64,000 nt of DNA from Candidatus Poribacteria bacterium (lineage in GTDB: Bacteria > Poribacteria > WGA-4E > UBA9662), in the NCBI GenBank assembly GCA_046582655.1, contig JAYGDX010000346.1:1-64000 (forward strand), written 5' to 3'. Positions within the stretch are counted from its first letter, which is position 1. Every line of letters starts with the position of its first letter. This document shows, in pieces, positions 52,399 to 63,273 of this stretch. The position numbers and the translations under genes were made by a program. The notes under the pieces are model-generated. The model searched no databases, had not been told where the DNA came from, and worked only from the letters and a program-made list of their open reading frames with translations.

Positions 52399-53124
52399 TT
52401 GAACAATAAAAAGGGGTTGTGGTTTACTTGTGCGTTATTGATTTTGTTTGTTCTCTCCAATGGGTTTGCTCAAGGGACTTATTATCCGGATGAAATTGGA
52501 AACACATGGCGATTTCAAAGTACCAACAAAGTAGATAAAAAGACAATTAAAATCGTCAAACCAGATACTAGTTTTGGTGTTTCAGGTGTAAAAGTTTTAA
52601 TTGATCAAACAAACGATAGTGCAACTCGGTTTTTTATCAAATCAACCCCAAAAGGATTTGTTATACATCGTGCTGTGTTTGATGAGATAGCATTGGTTGG
52701 GAAGGTTATATTCAACTACGATCCCCCTCAGATCTTTATCCCGAATCCGCTTAAACTGGAAGTCCAATGGACGGTCAAAAGTAAAGCAAAGGTTAAAGTT
52801 CTATTTTTAGATATGGTAATTGAAGCAATTTACAATCAAAAAGTTGTTGCCATTGAAGATATAATCGTACCGGCGGGTAAATTTCAGAATTGTCTCAAGA
52901 TTATGCAGCATACAATATTAGAAGTTGTTGATTCCGAAACAGAGGGCACTTTGTGGTTAGCACCCGGAATTGGCCCGGTTAAAATGATTAGTCAATCTGT
53001 TGGTGGTGAGGATGAGCCAAAGGTCTACCATTTGGTTGAGTATGACGTCAAAATTGAAGAGGATAAAATTATAGTAGGTCGAATTGGTAAGATCACAACT
53101 TTGTGGGCTAGAATGAAAAAATAA
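52399..53124 (+). CDS. Secreted beta-rich hypothetical protein with C-terminal KIxxxWAxMK tail
   Basis: TTG start after AAGGAG; signal peptide ending GFA-Q; YYP..IGNTW, E.I.VPAGKF.NCLKI, WLAPGIGPVK; ends VGRIGKITTLWARMKK. Confidence 0.8.
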   Translation: MNNKKGLWFTCALLILFVLSNGFAQGTYYPDEIGNTWRFQSTNKVDKKTIKIVKPDTSFGVSGVKVLIDQTNDSATRFFIKSTPKGFVIHRAVFDEIALVGKVIFNYDPPQIFIPNPLKLEVQWTVKSKAKVKVLFLDMVIEAIYNQKVVAIEDIIVPAGKFQNCLKIMQHTILEVVDSETEGTLWLAPGIGPVKMISQSVGGEDEPKVYHLVEYDVKIEEDKIIVGRIGKITTLWARMKK

Positions 53125-53141
53125 TTTATGGGAAGAGAGAG

Positions 53142-53795
53142 ATGAACGCTGTTGATATTAAAGTAGCGGTGGTTACAGGGAAACACGCATTTGATATCCC
53201 AGGATTTCAGCATATGTTTACCCATATGTCTAATATGGATTTTTACTTACAGGATCTTGAGAATTTCGTCGTCGATGCAGGGAAATTTAATGACGATTAT
53301 GATGTTGTCCTTTTTTACAATTTCCATCAACCAACGCCCGTTACTGGTGAACAGAACGGATCTCAAATTCTGAATTCCATAAACAGGTTGGTTGAAAACG
53401 GACAGGGAATCTTTGTGCTGCATCATGCTATTTTGGCATTTCCCAATTGGGATACGTGGAGTCAAATTGTGGGAATTACCGACCGAAGGTTTGGGTATCA
53501 TGGTAACCAGACTGTTCAGACAGATCTCATTAATGACAGTCATCCGATTACATATAGTCTGAAGTCATGGAGAATGATTGACGAAACTTATACCATGAAC
53601 GAAGTGGGGGATGATAGTCAAGCCCTAATAGCGATTGATCACGTAAATAGTATGCGGACAGTTGGGTGGACGCGACATTATGGAAATGGTCGTGTATTCT
53701 GTTACCAATCTGGACATGATAATCAGGCATTTTCCAATCCAAATTTCCGGACGATTGTGTTTCGAGGAATTCAGTGGCTGGCAAAGTGTATTTAA
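53142..53795 (+). CDS. ThuA-like (class I glutamine-amidotransferase-fold) domain protein
   Basis: VVTGKHAFD, G.GIFVLHHA, HPIT....W.MIDETY, WTRHYG.GRVF...SGHD. Confidence 0.85.
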   Translation: MNAVDIKVAVVTGKHAFDIPGFQHMFTHMSNMDFYLQDLENFVVDAGKFNDDYDVVLFYNFHQPTPVTGEQNGSQILNSINRLVENGQGIFVLHHAILAFPNWDTWSQIVGITDRRFGYHGNQTVQTDLINDSHPITYSLKSWRMIDETYTMNEVGDDSQALIAIDHVNSMRTVGWTRHYGNGRVFCYQSGHDNQAFSNPNFRTIVFRGIQWLAKCI

Positions 53796-54064
53796 TTCAT
53801 TCGTTAGCTTTGCATGTATTCAAAAACAAACCAATCGCGCTTAGCTAAGGAGCATCTTCAACTGCTGGATGTCAAAATACAATAAAATAAACAAATTTCA
53901 GTGTTGATTTATTGGAACGATTTAAGTTGGCAGCTGTTTGGGCAAGAGCATACATAGTCCGTCAACTAGAATAAGTTTTTGATAGTGGAAGGTACACGTG
54001 TGGTTTCGTTGGGACAGCGAGGTATAGGGGGATGGGAATGTCAGGAAAATTCGTATAGAATTTG

Positions 54065-54093
54065 TTGACTTTACTAAAATAATATTATACAAT
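54065..54093 (+). promoter_or_regulatory. Putative sigma70 promoter of rpoBC
   Basis: TTGACT (54065-54070), 17-nt spacer, TACAAT (54088-54093), about 70 nt upstream of the rpoB ATG. Confidence 0.75.
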
Positions 54094-54164
54094 AGCCCGT
54101 TTTGTTAGCATCCAAACTGTTATTTTGAAAAGCTTTCCAAAATCTAGCTTTATGAGGTGGGAAC

Positions 54165-57100
54165 ATGTCGGCGAACAATCAGTTTTGCAAACGCGAACGT
54201 CTCTCGTTTGCAAAGATTGGAGATATTGAAGAAACGCTTCCGGATCTTGTAGAAATTCAAAGGAAATCTTATGATGGTTTTTTGCAACGAAATGTAGCCT
54301 CTGCAAAAAGAGAGAGTGTTGGCTTACAAGCAATGTTTGAGGACATATTTCCAATTGACGATTTTAATGGGATTACAACTCTGGATTTTATTGAATATTC
54401 GTTAGGTACCCCTAAATATGATATCGATGAATGTCAATATAGAGGTTTCAGTTATTCCGTTCCGTTAAAGGCCATATTGTCCTTGACACTTAGAGAAGGT
54501 CGGGAAGGTAGTGAAAATGACGCAATAATTGATATTAAAGAGTCAGAGGTTTACATGGGGGACTTACCATTGATGACTGAAAATGGGACATTCGTTATTA
54601 ATGGTGCTGAACGCGTAATTGTTAGCCAATTACATAGATCGCCTGGTTCCAGTTTTGGACAAGTGGCCCATCCAAGTGGGCATAAATTACTCAATGCCAA
54701 GATTATTCCCTACCGTGGTGCATGGATTGAATTTGAATATGATATTAAAGATCTAATTTATGTGCGTTTAGATCGCCGTAAAAAGATGTTTGTCACAATT
54801 TTACTCCGCGCGATCGGTTGGGAAACAGATGAGGAAATTCTGAAACTCTTTGCTAAGACTGAGGAGGTGTCTACTAAAGACAATATTGAAGGCCGGATTA
54901 TTGCGGGTCCAGTCGTTGATACTAGTACGGGCGAGATACTAGCTGAACCGAACACTGAGATTGATAGTGAACTCCTAGAAGAGTGGCGCGAATTGGGTGT
55001 TAAAATTATTGAAGTGCTGGATGTAGCAGATGCAGCAGATATATCCTTTTTGAGAAACACGCTTGCAAAGGATATTGAGAAGGCAGAAGAGTCTGGGGGA
55101 TATAAACAGTTTTCTGACAACCCAAGAATTAAGGAAAAAGCATTAATTGAAATTTTTCGAAAGTTGCGGCCGGGTGACCCGCCAACTCTTGAAAGCGCCA
55201 GAAGCCTGTTTGAAAAGATGTATTTCGATCCTGTCCGTTTTGACTTGGCGGATGTTGGTCGCCATAAACTCAACAATAAGCTGGGCGACATTGATGGCTA
55301 TAAGGGTGAATCCGAAGAGGACCCAACTGGTCGTGTTCTGCGTAACGAGGATATTGTTGCCACACTCAAATATATGTTGAAGATACAAAGCAAAGCGAAC
55401 ATTGGTGATATTGATTATACCAAGGATGATATCGATCACCTTGGTAATCGTCGTGTCCGGGCTGTTGGTGAGTTAATAATGAATCAGGTTCGCGTTGGAT
55501 TGTTGCGGGTAGCGCGTGCAACTCGTGAGAAAATGACAATTTCTCAGGAACTGGAAGATATGACACCAGTTGATATTATCAATCCCAAACCATTGTCAGC
55601 TGCGATTAAAGATTTCTTTGGATCAAGTCAACTCTCCCAATTCATGCAGCAGATTAATCCTCTTGATGCGTTAACTCATAAACGTCGGTTAAGTGCTTTA
55701 GGACCTGGTGGTTTGCACAGGGAGCGTGCAACCTTTGAAGTTCGTGATGTTCATCGAACGCATTATGGTCGTGTATGTCCGATTGAAACGCCTGAAGGAC
55801 CTTCTGTTGGTTTGATCGTGTCTCTTGGCACCTACGCTCGTGTTAATAAATATGGGTTCTTGGAAACTCCCTATCGTGTAGTTAAAAAAGGTAGAATCAC
55901 AAATCAGACGGATTATCTAACTGCTGATAAGGAGGATCAGTACGTCATCGCACAGGCGAATACAGAAATGGATGATAAAGGGAATTTGATAGGTGAAGAA
56001 AAAGATGATCGGGTAATGGTCCGATTAGGTGAAGAGTTTGTACGGAAACTCCCCCAAGAGGTTGACTATATCGATGTGTCTCCTAAACAGATTGTTGGGG
56101 TTTCAGCTGCATTGATTCCATTCCTCGAACATGATGATGCCAATCGTGCGCTTATGGGAAGCAATATGCAACGTCAGGCAGTTCCACTAATCTTGCCAAA
56201 AGCACCTCTGGTTGGAACTGGTATGGAGTATAAAGCCGCCACGGATTCTGGGGCAGTAGTTTTGGCCAAACAGAATGGTATTGTCGAGCGGGTATCCGCT
56301 TCAGAAATTATTGTTCGGACGGAGTTTTCAGACTTTGTTGATGATGGTGAACAGTCTTTTTCGGAAATGGGTTATGATACCTATAAACTGCAAAATTTTA
56401 AGCGTACCAACAACGCCACCTGCTATCATCAGCGGCCATGTGTCGAGGTTGGGGAAGTCATTAAGCAGGGAGAAACTATTGCTGATGGTGCATCGACTGA
56501 GTTGGGTGAACTAGCCCTCGGGAATAATTTGCTTGTGGCATTTATGCCTTGGGAGGGATATAACTTCGAGGATGCTATTCTTCTGAGTGAGTCTCTTGTG
56601 CAGGATGATATATTGACATCAATTCATATCGATGAGTTTGAGGTTGAAGCACGTGACACCAAAATGGGGAATGAAGAGATTACAAATGATATTCCGAATT
56701 TGTCTGAGGAAGCATTAAGTCAACTTGATGATGAAGGGATTATTCGAGTTGGTTCAATCGTTGAACCAGGAATTATTCTGGTTGGTAAAGTAACGCCAAA
56801 AGCTGAAAGTGATCTCGGGCCTGAAGAAAAATTGTTGCGGGCAATATTTGGTGAAAAAGTCGGTGAATATCGAGACGCCTCCTCCTATGCAAAACCTGGT
56901 GTGCAGGGAGTCATAATTGATGTTAAAGTTTTCTCCCGAAAAGAAAAGGATAAAGATCGTCAAACCCAACTCCGTGAGGATGCGAAGGTGAAAGAAATTG
57001 AACAAAAATGCCAGGAGAAATGTGCCTTCATTAGACAACGAAGAGATGAAGAAATTCACAACAAATTGATTGGTCAAATGTTAACTGAACCGATTCATGA

Positions 57101-58085
57101 TGGGATCGGTTTTATAGCACAGACCGGGGATATAATCACTCAGGAACTGCTAGATACTGTTCAGAATAAAAAAATAACGCTCAATTTTATTTTCGTTGAA
57201 GATCAAGATGTAATCTTGCATTGTCAGCAGATTCAAGAACTGGCAAATCTTCGAATAGCTGCACACACTCATGGCAAGGACGATCGAATTCAGAAGTTAC
57301 GTAGAGGTGATGAATTAAAACCAGGCGTAATAAAACTAGTAAAAGTTTATATCGCCAATCGCCGAAAGATATCTGTCGGCGATAAAATGGCGGGACGGCA
57401 CGGAAACAAGGGTGTTGTAGCCAAGATTTTGCCGAAAGAGGATATGCCGTATCTTGAGGATGGAACGCCGATTGACGTGGTTCTCAATCCGCTTGGAGTT
57501 CCGTCACGTATGAATGTCGGCCAAGTTTTGGAAACACACCTCGGGTGGGCTGCACATCAACTGGGACTTCATATTGCAACCCCTGTTTTTGACGGAGCAA
57601 CAGAGGGGGAAATTGCTGAAAAGCTTGAAGAAGCAGGCTTACCCAGGTCCGGAAAAACAAAGCTGTATGATGGTCGAACTGGAATTTCATTTTATCAGGA
57701 TGTAACTGTTGGATACGCTTACATGATGAAACTCAACCACCTTGTTGACGACAAAATTCATGCGCGAAGCACTGGACCATACTCGTTAGTTACCCAGCAG
57801 CCTCTTGGTGGGAAAGCGCAACAAGGAGGGCAGCGTCTGGGAGAAATGGAGGTTTGGGCTCTGGAGGCCTATGGGGCAGCTTATACTTTGCAAGAACTCT
57901 TGACCATTAAGTCGGATGATGTGAATGGTCGAAGCAAAATCTATGAAACTGTTGTCAAAGGTGAAAATGCGCCTCGACCAGGTACACCCGAATCCTTCAA
58001 TGTTTTAATCAAAGAATTGCAGAGTTTATGCCTTGATGTTAACTTGGGGAAGAAGGAATCAGAGGATGTGAACGCTTTACGTTAA
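54165..58085 (+). CDS. rpoB: DNA-directed RNA polymerase beta subunit
   Basis: [86 protein letters not shown]. Confidence 0.99.
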   Translation: MSANNQFCKRERLSFAKIGDIEETLPDLVEIQRKSYDGFLQRNVASAKRESVGLQAMFEDIFPIDDFNGITTLDFIEYSLGTPKYDIDECQYRGFSYSVPLKAILSLTLREGREGSENDAIIDIKESEVYMGDLPLMTENGTFVINGAERVIVSQLHRSPGSSFGQVAHPSGHKLLNAKIIPYRGAWIEFEYDIKDLIYVRLDRRKKMFVTILLRAIGWETDEEILKLFAKTEEVSTKDNIEGRIIAGPVVDTSTGEILAEPNTEIDSELLEEWRELGVKIIEVLDVADAADISFLRNTLAKDIEKAEESGGYKQFSDNPRIKEKALIEIFRKLRPGDPPTLESARSLFEKMYFDPVRFDLADVGRHKLNNKLGDIDGYKGESEEDPTGRVLRNEDIVATLKYMLKIQSKANIGDIDYTKDDIDHLGNRRVRAVGELIMNQVRVGLLRVARATREKMTISQELEDMTPVDIINPKPLSAAIKDFFGSSQLSQFMQQINPLDALTHKRRLSALGPGGLHRERATFEVRDVHRTHYGRVCPIETPEGPSVGLIVSLGTYARVNKYGFLETPYRVVKKGRITNQTDYLTADKEDQYVIAQANTEMDDKGNLIGEEKDDRVMVRLGEEFVRKLPQEVDYIDVSPKQIVGVSAALIPFLEHDDANRALMGSNMQRQAVPLILPKAPLVGTGMEYKAATDSGAVVLAKQNGIVERVSASEIIVRTEFSDFVDDGEQSFSEMGYDTYKLQNFKRTNNATCYHQRPCVEVGEVIKQGETIADGASTELGELALGNNLLVAFMPWEGYNFEDAILLSESLVQDDILTSIHIDEFEVEARDTKMGNEEITNDIPNLSEEALSQLDDEGIIRVGSIVEPGIILVGKVTPKAESDLGPEEKLLRAIFGEKVGEYRDASSYAKPGVQGVIIDVKVFSRKEKDKDRQTQLREDAKVKEIEQKCQEKCAFIRQRRDEEIHNKLIGQMLTEPIHDGIGFIAQTGDIITQELLDTVQNKKITLNFIFVEDQDVILHCQQIQELANLRIAAHTHGKDDRIQKLRRGDELKPGVIKLVKVYIANRRKISVGDKMAGRHGNKGVVAKILPKEDMPYLEDGTPIDVVLNPLGVPSRMNVGQVLETHLGWAAHQLGLHIATPVFDGATEGEIAEKLEEAGLPRSGKTKLYDGRTGISFYQDVTVGYAYMMKLNHLVDDKIHARSTGPYSLVTQQPLGGKAQQGGQRLGEMEVWALEAYGAAYTLQELLTIKSDDVNGRSKIYETVVKGENAPRPGTPESFNVLIKELQSLCLDVNLGKKESEDVNALR

Positions 58086-58192
58086 GTTTGTAGATACATA
58101 GGTGATTTCTAGAGAGCAATGCCTTTACTTAACTAAATTATTTGGTGCACCATTATGTGCTTGTAAATTATATATAATTAGGGGATATTATC

Positions 58193-61100
58193 TTGAATAA
58201 GAACCTCAATAAGAAGAACCTCAACGATTTTGATTCAATTTCTATAAAAATAGCGGCGCCGGAGCAAATCCGAGGGTGGGCAAAAGCGTCCCTGTCCAAA
58301 CCCATGCCTTCTAGTATAAATAAGACAAATTTTGGCGAAGTAAAGAAACCTGAAACAATTAATTATCGAACTTTTAAACCTGAGCGGGATGGTCTGTTTT
58401 GCGAAGCTATTTTCGGGCCGGTGAAGAATTGGGAGTGTCAGTGCGGAAAATATAAGCGTATTAAGCATAAAGATCAAATCTGTGACCGGTGTGGTGTTGA
58501 GGTAACGGAATCGAAAGTCCGGCGTGAAAGGATGGGATATATTGAACTGGCGGCGCCGGTATCACACGTATGGTTTTTCAAGGGACTTCCATCTCGAATC
58601 GGTTTGTTTCTGGATCTATCCCTTCGTGTTCTGGAACGTATAATTTATTATGAGTCGTATCTTGTTCTTGAAGTTGAAGGAAATCTAACACTTTCCGTAA
58701 CCGATGATGAATCAATTTCTAAGAAAAAAAGTGGCGCTGAGTATTTACAAGTCGGACAGGTACTGTCTGAAGCAGAATACATCCAATGGAAGACGGACTA
58801 CCCAACTGAATTTCGTGCTGGTATGGGGGCCGACTCTATACGAGAGCTGCTTGAAAAGATTGATCTTGAGGAGGAGGAACAGGATCTTCGCCAACAACTT
58901 GCAGCCTCCTCGAGCAAACAAAAGAAGAAGAAACTCGTCAAACGACTTCAGCTTGTTACCGGGTTTAAGAAGGCTGGTAACCGACCGGAATGGATGATTT
59001 TAGAGGTTATCCCTGTTATTTCACCGGATCTTCGTCCGCTCGTTGCTTTGGATGGGGGGCGGTTTGCCACAAGTGATTTAAATGACTTATACCGTCGTGT
59101 TATTAATAGAAATAATCGCCTCAAGCGGTTAATGGAACTTCATGCGCCTGAAGTTATTATTCGGAATGAAAAACGGATGTTGCAGGAGGCGGTTGATGCT
59201 CTGATTGATAATGGTCGACATGGTCGGGTTGTACGTGGTCCCGGGACGCGGCCATTAAAGTCGCTATCTGATATGCTAAAAGGGAAAGTTGGGCGTTTCC
59301 GTCAAAACCTTCTGGGTAAACGCGTAGATTATTCTGGGCGAAGTGTTATTGTCGTTGGCCCTGAATTGCAGTTGCATCAATGTGGAATTCCGAAAGAGAT
59401 GGCTGTTGAACTGTTCAAGCCATTTATCATCCGAAAACTTCAAGAACGCAATTATGCCCAAACGATCAAAAAAGCAAAGACCATGACAGAGAATATGTCT
59501 CCGAAAGTATGGGAAGTACTTGAGGAAGTTATTGAAGGTCACCCTGTTCTGCTGAACCGGGCGCCCACGCTTCACCGCCTAGGAATACAGGCGTTTGAAC
59601 CGCAGCTTGTTGAAGGGCGAGCAATCCGAATCCATCCTCTCGTCTGTAAGGCTTTTAACGCCGATTTCGATGGGGATCAAATGGCTGTTCATCTGCCGCT
59701 TAGTGTGGAGGCGCAAATTGAAGCTAAACTTCTGATGATGGCTTCTCGCAATGTGCTAAAGCCTGCTCATGGTCGCCCTATTGCTGTGCCCGATCTTGAT
59801 ATTGTTTTAGGATGTAGTTTTCTTACGAAAACTGTTCCTCTCTCAACCAATGGTCATCCGATACGCAGTTTCAGAGATCAGGATGAGGCAATTTTTGCCC
59901 ATGAGCACGGAAGTCTTGAACTCCACGAGTCTGTTAACCTTTATTTTGATAAAGAAAAGGTATTGGGTGAAAATGGAGATGCTAAGTCTTTGTTATGTGC
60001 TAAGCTTTTTAGCGACAAAAGGTATGCCAAGCTTTTTGCTGATAAAAAGACTGAAAAGCTTTTTAAAAAAGCTATTGATACCGGTGAAAACGTAAAAAAT
60101 GAGATTGAGGATGAGCTTAAGCTTGCATTAAAAGTTAAAGAAGCTAAAGAAAAATCTTTGTTATGTGCCAAGCTTTTTAGCGACAAAAAGTATGTCACGC
60201 TTTTTGCTGAAGTCGAAGAAGAAGCAGGAAAGCCAATTCTAACCACTGTTGGTCGTATCAAATTCAATCAGGTTGTTCCAGATGGATTATTGTTTGAAGA
60301 TTCTGAAACTGGTCGAAACCTTCCATTCGTTAATCAAGAAATGCATGCTAGTGAATTGTCCGATCTAGTCTCTCGTTGTTTTTATGAAATTGGTAACCGA
60401 AGAACGGTTGGGTTTCTGCATGAGCTTAAGGAATTGGGATTCCATTATGCGACCATCTCCGGAATTTCGATTGGTATTCAGGATATGATTATTCCTAAAC
60501 GCAAAAAAGAAATGCTGGATGAGGCATGGGTAGATGTATCTCAGATTGAGTCAGACTTCCAGAAGGGGTTGATGAGTGGTGGCGAACGCTACAATAGGGT
60601 AGTTGATATCTGGCGTGGTTTGATCAGCCGGATAGAAGACGCGCTTTTTGAAGAATTGAAAAAAGATGGTGAGGTTGAGGGATTTAATCCTGTTCATATT
60701 ATGGCAAATTCCGGTGCACGGAGTAAAAGAGAGCCTATTCGTCAAATCAGTGGGCTGCGTGGACTGATGGCTAAGCCTTCTGGGGAAATTATTGAGCATC
60801 CAATCGAATCTTGCTTCCGTGAAGGACTGTCTGTTCTAGAATACTTCATCTCGACTCACGGTGCCAGAAAGGGGCTGGCTGATACTGCTATTAAAACTGC
60901 CAGCAGTGGGTATCTAACCAGGAAATTGGTTGATGTGGCGCAGGATAATATGATCACTGTATATGACTGTGGAACCCTTAACGGTATAATCAAAAATAGT
61001 GGTGAAGATGACGACCAGGAATTATCAGAGCGTGTTATGGGGCGATATCCCGCTGAGGAAGTCACAGATCCTGACACAGGGGAAATTATTGTCGGCAGAG

Positions 61101-63253
61101 ATCAAATTATTAGCCACGAAGAAGCTGGGTTTATTCGTGAAGCCGCTGTTTCTGAAATCAAAGTGCGTTCTCCGCTAACTTGTGAAGCAAAGGGGTCTGG
61201 ACTCTGCGTCAAGTGCTACGGAGCAGATCTTTCGAATGGTCAACCAGTTGATATAGGAGAAGCTGTTGGGATTATAGCTGCTCAGTCAATCGGTGAGCCG
61301 GGAACGCAGTTAACGATGCGTACCTTCCACACTGGAGGTACAGTAAGTGGGGAAGTCGAATCTAGAATTCTTGCAAATAATAGTGGGAAAGTTAAGCTTA
61401 GTGATGATATTGACACTGTCATTCCTCAAAGCACAAAGATAAATAGCGTAATGTCTCGAAACGCGGAATTGAAAATCATTGATCCCAAAACAGAACGTGA
61501 ACTGTGGAGCCGAAAACTTCCAACCGGAGCTCGCCTTTTGGTAAAGGAAGGAGATGAAATATTAAAGGGCGATCCGCTTTTTGAATCAGATCCTTATGAA
61601 CCCATATTTGCTCGGGATAAGGGAATTGCTTACTTTAGGAATGTTGAGCAAAATGTAAATCAAGAAGTCGATAAAAGTAGCGGGATGTCTGAACAGGTGA
61701 TTGGTGATTATAAAGATGACTTACCAGAAATTTTGGTACATCCTGAAGATGTATCTGAAATAAGTTTGTCTGATAAAGATACAATAGCTATTGGAAACAC
61801 ACCGGAAATTGCTAAACAGTATCTTAAAGAATGCAAGCAAACTGGTAATAATAAGGCTGCTAGTCTTCAGTTTTTGAAAAGGGCGTTGATCATTGAAGAC
61901 TTAGTGGATCAAGAAGATCGAATTATTGTTCCAGCTAATAGTGTTATTGATCCGGAAAATGAAAAAGTAGCGGATCAAATTTTAAAAGTATTGGGTCAAA
62001 ATAGAGATGATAAGTCTCCTTTGCTTGACAAGCTCTTTGGTGACAAAAAGTATGCCAAGCTTTTTGATGAAGTCGAAGAAGCTTCAGAAGGGGAGTTGTC
62101 TGAAAAAGATGAGGCAGAAGAACAGTTAGCTAGTTCATTAGAAGTCGAAAAAAGATCTTTGTTATATGACAAGCTTGTTAGCGACAAAAAGTATGCTAAG
62201 CTTTTTGATGGTAACAAGACTGAAAGGCTTTTTAAGAGAGCTATTGATTCCGGTAAAAATGTAGAAGGTAAGATTAGAGGCAAGCTTGAGGCTGCCGAAA
62301 AACCAGACAAAACTATTAAAGTTCGTAAGTGTTTGGGCTACTACCCACTCCCAACGGGTGCTCATATGTCTACTATAAAAGATGGGGATTCGGTCGATAG
62401 AGGAGATGTTTTAGCGCGCCTTCCTTTTGAAGCTTCAAAGAGTAGTGATATCGTAAGTGGTCTTCCACGTGTGACGGAGTTATTTGAAGCTCGAAAACCG
62501 AAGGACGCAGCTTTTATCGCTACCATTGATGGAAAGATTCATCTTCAGGGGATTAGCCGAGGAATGCGTGTTCTGAAAATTATTAATCCGGAGACTGATC
62601 TTGAAAGTGAAACCTATCGAATTCCTGTGGGTAAGCATTTACACTTTCAAGAAGGGGAAGAGGTAAGATCCGGCGAACAATTGACAGATGGTCCAATTAA
62701 TCCGCATGATATCTTGTCTATTCAGGGCGAAGAGGCTGTTCAAAACTACTTGGTTAGCGAGGTCCAGAAGGTCTATCGTGCACAGGGAGAGCGGATTAAT
62801 GACAAGCATATTGAAACGGTTATCCGGCAGATGCTAGGTAAGGTGGAGATTGGCGAACCAGGTGATACAGAGTTTCTTGGTGAGGAAGAAGTTGATCGAT
62901 TGATTTTCCATGCCATGAATAGTAAAACTAGAGAAGAAGGTGGTGAGGAGGCTAGCGCCAAAGTTATCTTGCAAGGTATTACAAAAGCTGCTCTCTCAAC
63001 CGAAAGTTTTGTGTCTGCTGCTTCTTTTCAACAAACGACTTCTGTTCTTACCAAAGCGTCTGCCATCGGTAAAAAAGACTATCTCAGAGGTTTGAAAGAG
63101 AATGTAATTATGGGGCATCTGATTCCGGCTGGTACTGGACTCCCCCGTTTTAAATCGATTGAAGTTTCAGAACGGAAACTGCCCCGAGAGGAAGAAGCAA
63201 TCATAGCAGAAGATTTAGTTGTCGGTGACTCGGAGCAGATCCCAGCGGATTAG
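58193..63253 (+). CDS. rpoC: DNA-directed RNA polymerase beta-prime subunit (1686 aa, large insertions)
   Basis: ETINYRT, Zn finger, [58 protein letters not shown] start after GGGGA. Confidence 0.99.
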   Translation: MNKNLNKKNLNDFDSISIKIAAPEQIRGWAKASLSKPMPSSINKTNFGEVKKPETINYRTFKPERDGLFCEAIFGPVKNWECQCGKYKRIKHKDQICDRCGVEVTESKVRRERMGYIELAAPVSHVWFFKGLPSRIGLFLDLSLRVLERIIYYESYLVLEVEGNLTLSVTDDESISKKKSGAEYLQVGQVLSEAEYIQWKTDYPTEFRAGMGADSIRELLEKIDLEEEEQDLRQQLAASSSKQKKKKLVKRLQLVTGFKKAGNRPEWMILEVIPVISPDLRPLVALDGGRFATSDLNDLYRRVINRNNRLKRLMELHAPEVIIRNEKRMLQEAVDALIDNGRHGRVVRGPGTRPLKSLSDMLKGKVGRFRQNLLGKRVDYSGRSVIVVGPELQLHQCGIPKEMAVELFKPFIIRKLQERNYAQTIKKAKTMTENMSPKVWEVLEEVIEGHPVLLNRAPTLHRLGIQAFEPQLVEGRAIRIHPLVCKAFNADFDGDQMAVHLPLSVEAQIEAKLLMMASRNVLKPAHGRPIAVPDLDIVLGCSFLTKTVPLSTNGHPIRSFRDQDEAIFAHEHGSLELHESVNLYFDKEKVLGENGDAKSLLCAKLFSDKRYAKLFADKKTEKLFKKAIDTGENVKNEIEDELKLALKVKEAKEKSLLCAKLFSDKKYVTLFAEVEEEAGKPILTTVGRIKFNQVVPDGLLFEDSETGRNLPFVNQEMHASELSDLVSRCFYEIGNRRTVGFLHELKELGFHYATISGISIGIQDMIIPKRKKEMLDEAWVDVSQIESDFQKGLMSGGERYNRVVDIWRGLISRIEDALFEELKKDGEVEGFNPVHIMANSGARSKREPIRQISGLRGLMAKPSGEIIEHPIESCFREGLSVLEYFISTHGARKGLADTAIKTASSGYLTRKLVDVAQDNMITVYDCGTLNGIIKNSGEDDDQELSERVMGRYPAEEVTDPDTGEIIVGRDQIISHEEAGFIREAAVSEIKVRSPLTCEAKGSGLCVKCYGADLSNGQPVDIGEAVGIIAAQSIGEPGTQLTMRTFHTGGTVSGEVESRILANNSGKVKLSDDIDTVIPQSTKINSVMSRNAELKIIDPKTERELWSRKLPTGARLLVKEGDEILKGDPLFESDPYEPIFARDKGIAYFRNVEQNVNQEVDKSSGMSEQVIGDYKDDLPEILVHPEDVSEISLSDKDTIAIGNTPEIAKQYLKECKQTGNNKAASLQFLKRALIIEDLVDQEDRIIVPANSVIDPENEKVADQILKVLGQNRDDKSPLLDKLFGDKKYAKLFDEVEEASEGELSEKDEAEEQLASSLEVEKRSLLYDKLVSDKKYAKLFDGNKTERLFKRAIDSGKNVEGKIRGKLEAAEKPDKTIKVRKCLGYYPLPTGAHMSTIKDGDSVDRGDVLARLPFEASKSSDIVSGLPRVTELFEARKPKDAAFIATIDGKIHLQGISRGMRVLKIINPETDLESETYRIPVGKHLHFQEGEEVRSGEQLTDGPINPHDILSIQGEEAVQNYLVSEVQKVYRAQGERINDKHIETVIRQMLGKVEIGEPGDTEFLGEEEVDRLIFHAMNSKTREEGGEEASAKVILQGITKAALSTESFVSAASFQQTTSVLTKASAIGKKDYLRGLKENVIMGHLIPAGTGLPRFKSIEVSERKLPREEEAIIAEDLVVGDSEQIPAD
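59957..60234 (+). repeat. In-frame repeat module, copies 1-2, inside rpoC
   Basis: Cores [18 protein letters not shown] (from 59984) and [18 protein letters not shown] (from 60152). Confidence 0.95.
61985..62305 (+). repeat. In-frame repeat module, copies 3-4, inside rpoC
   Basis: Cores [18 protein letters not shown] (from 62012) and [18 protein letters not shown] (from 62153). Confidence 0.95.
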
Positions 63254-63273
63254 CTTTTTTAGTAGGTGATGCT

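Noticed and set aside
59957..62305. rpoC inserts as inteins or a CRISPR-like array
   Set aside because: There are no Cys/Ser...His-Asn splice junctions or endonuclease motifs. The repeats are in frame, irregularly spaced and degenerate, and no cas genes are present.
54758..62961. Antisense ORFs within rpoB/rpoC, and similar shadow ORFs elsewhere in the track
   Set aside because: They are codon-bias shadows of long genes, with no RBS or family motifs.
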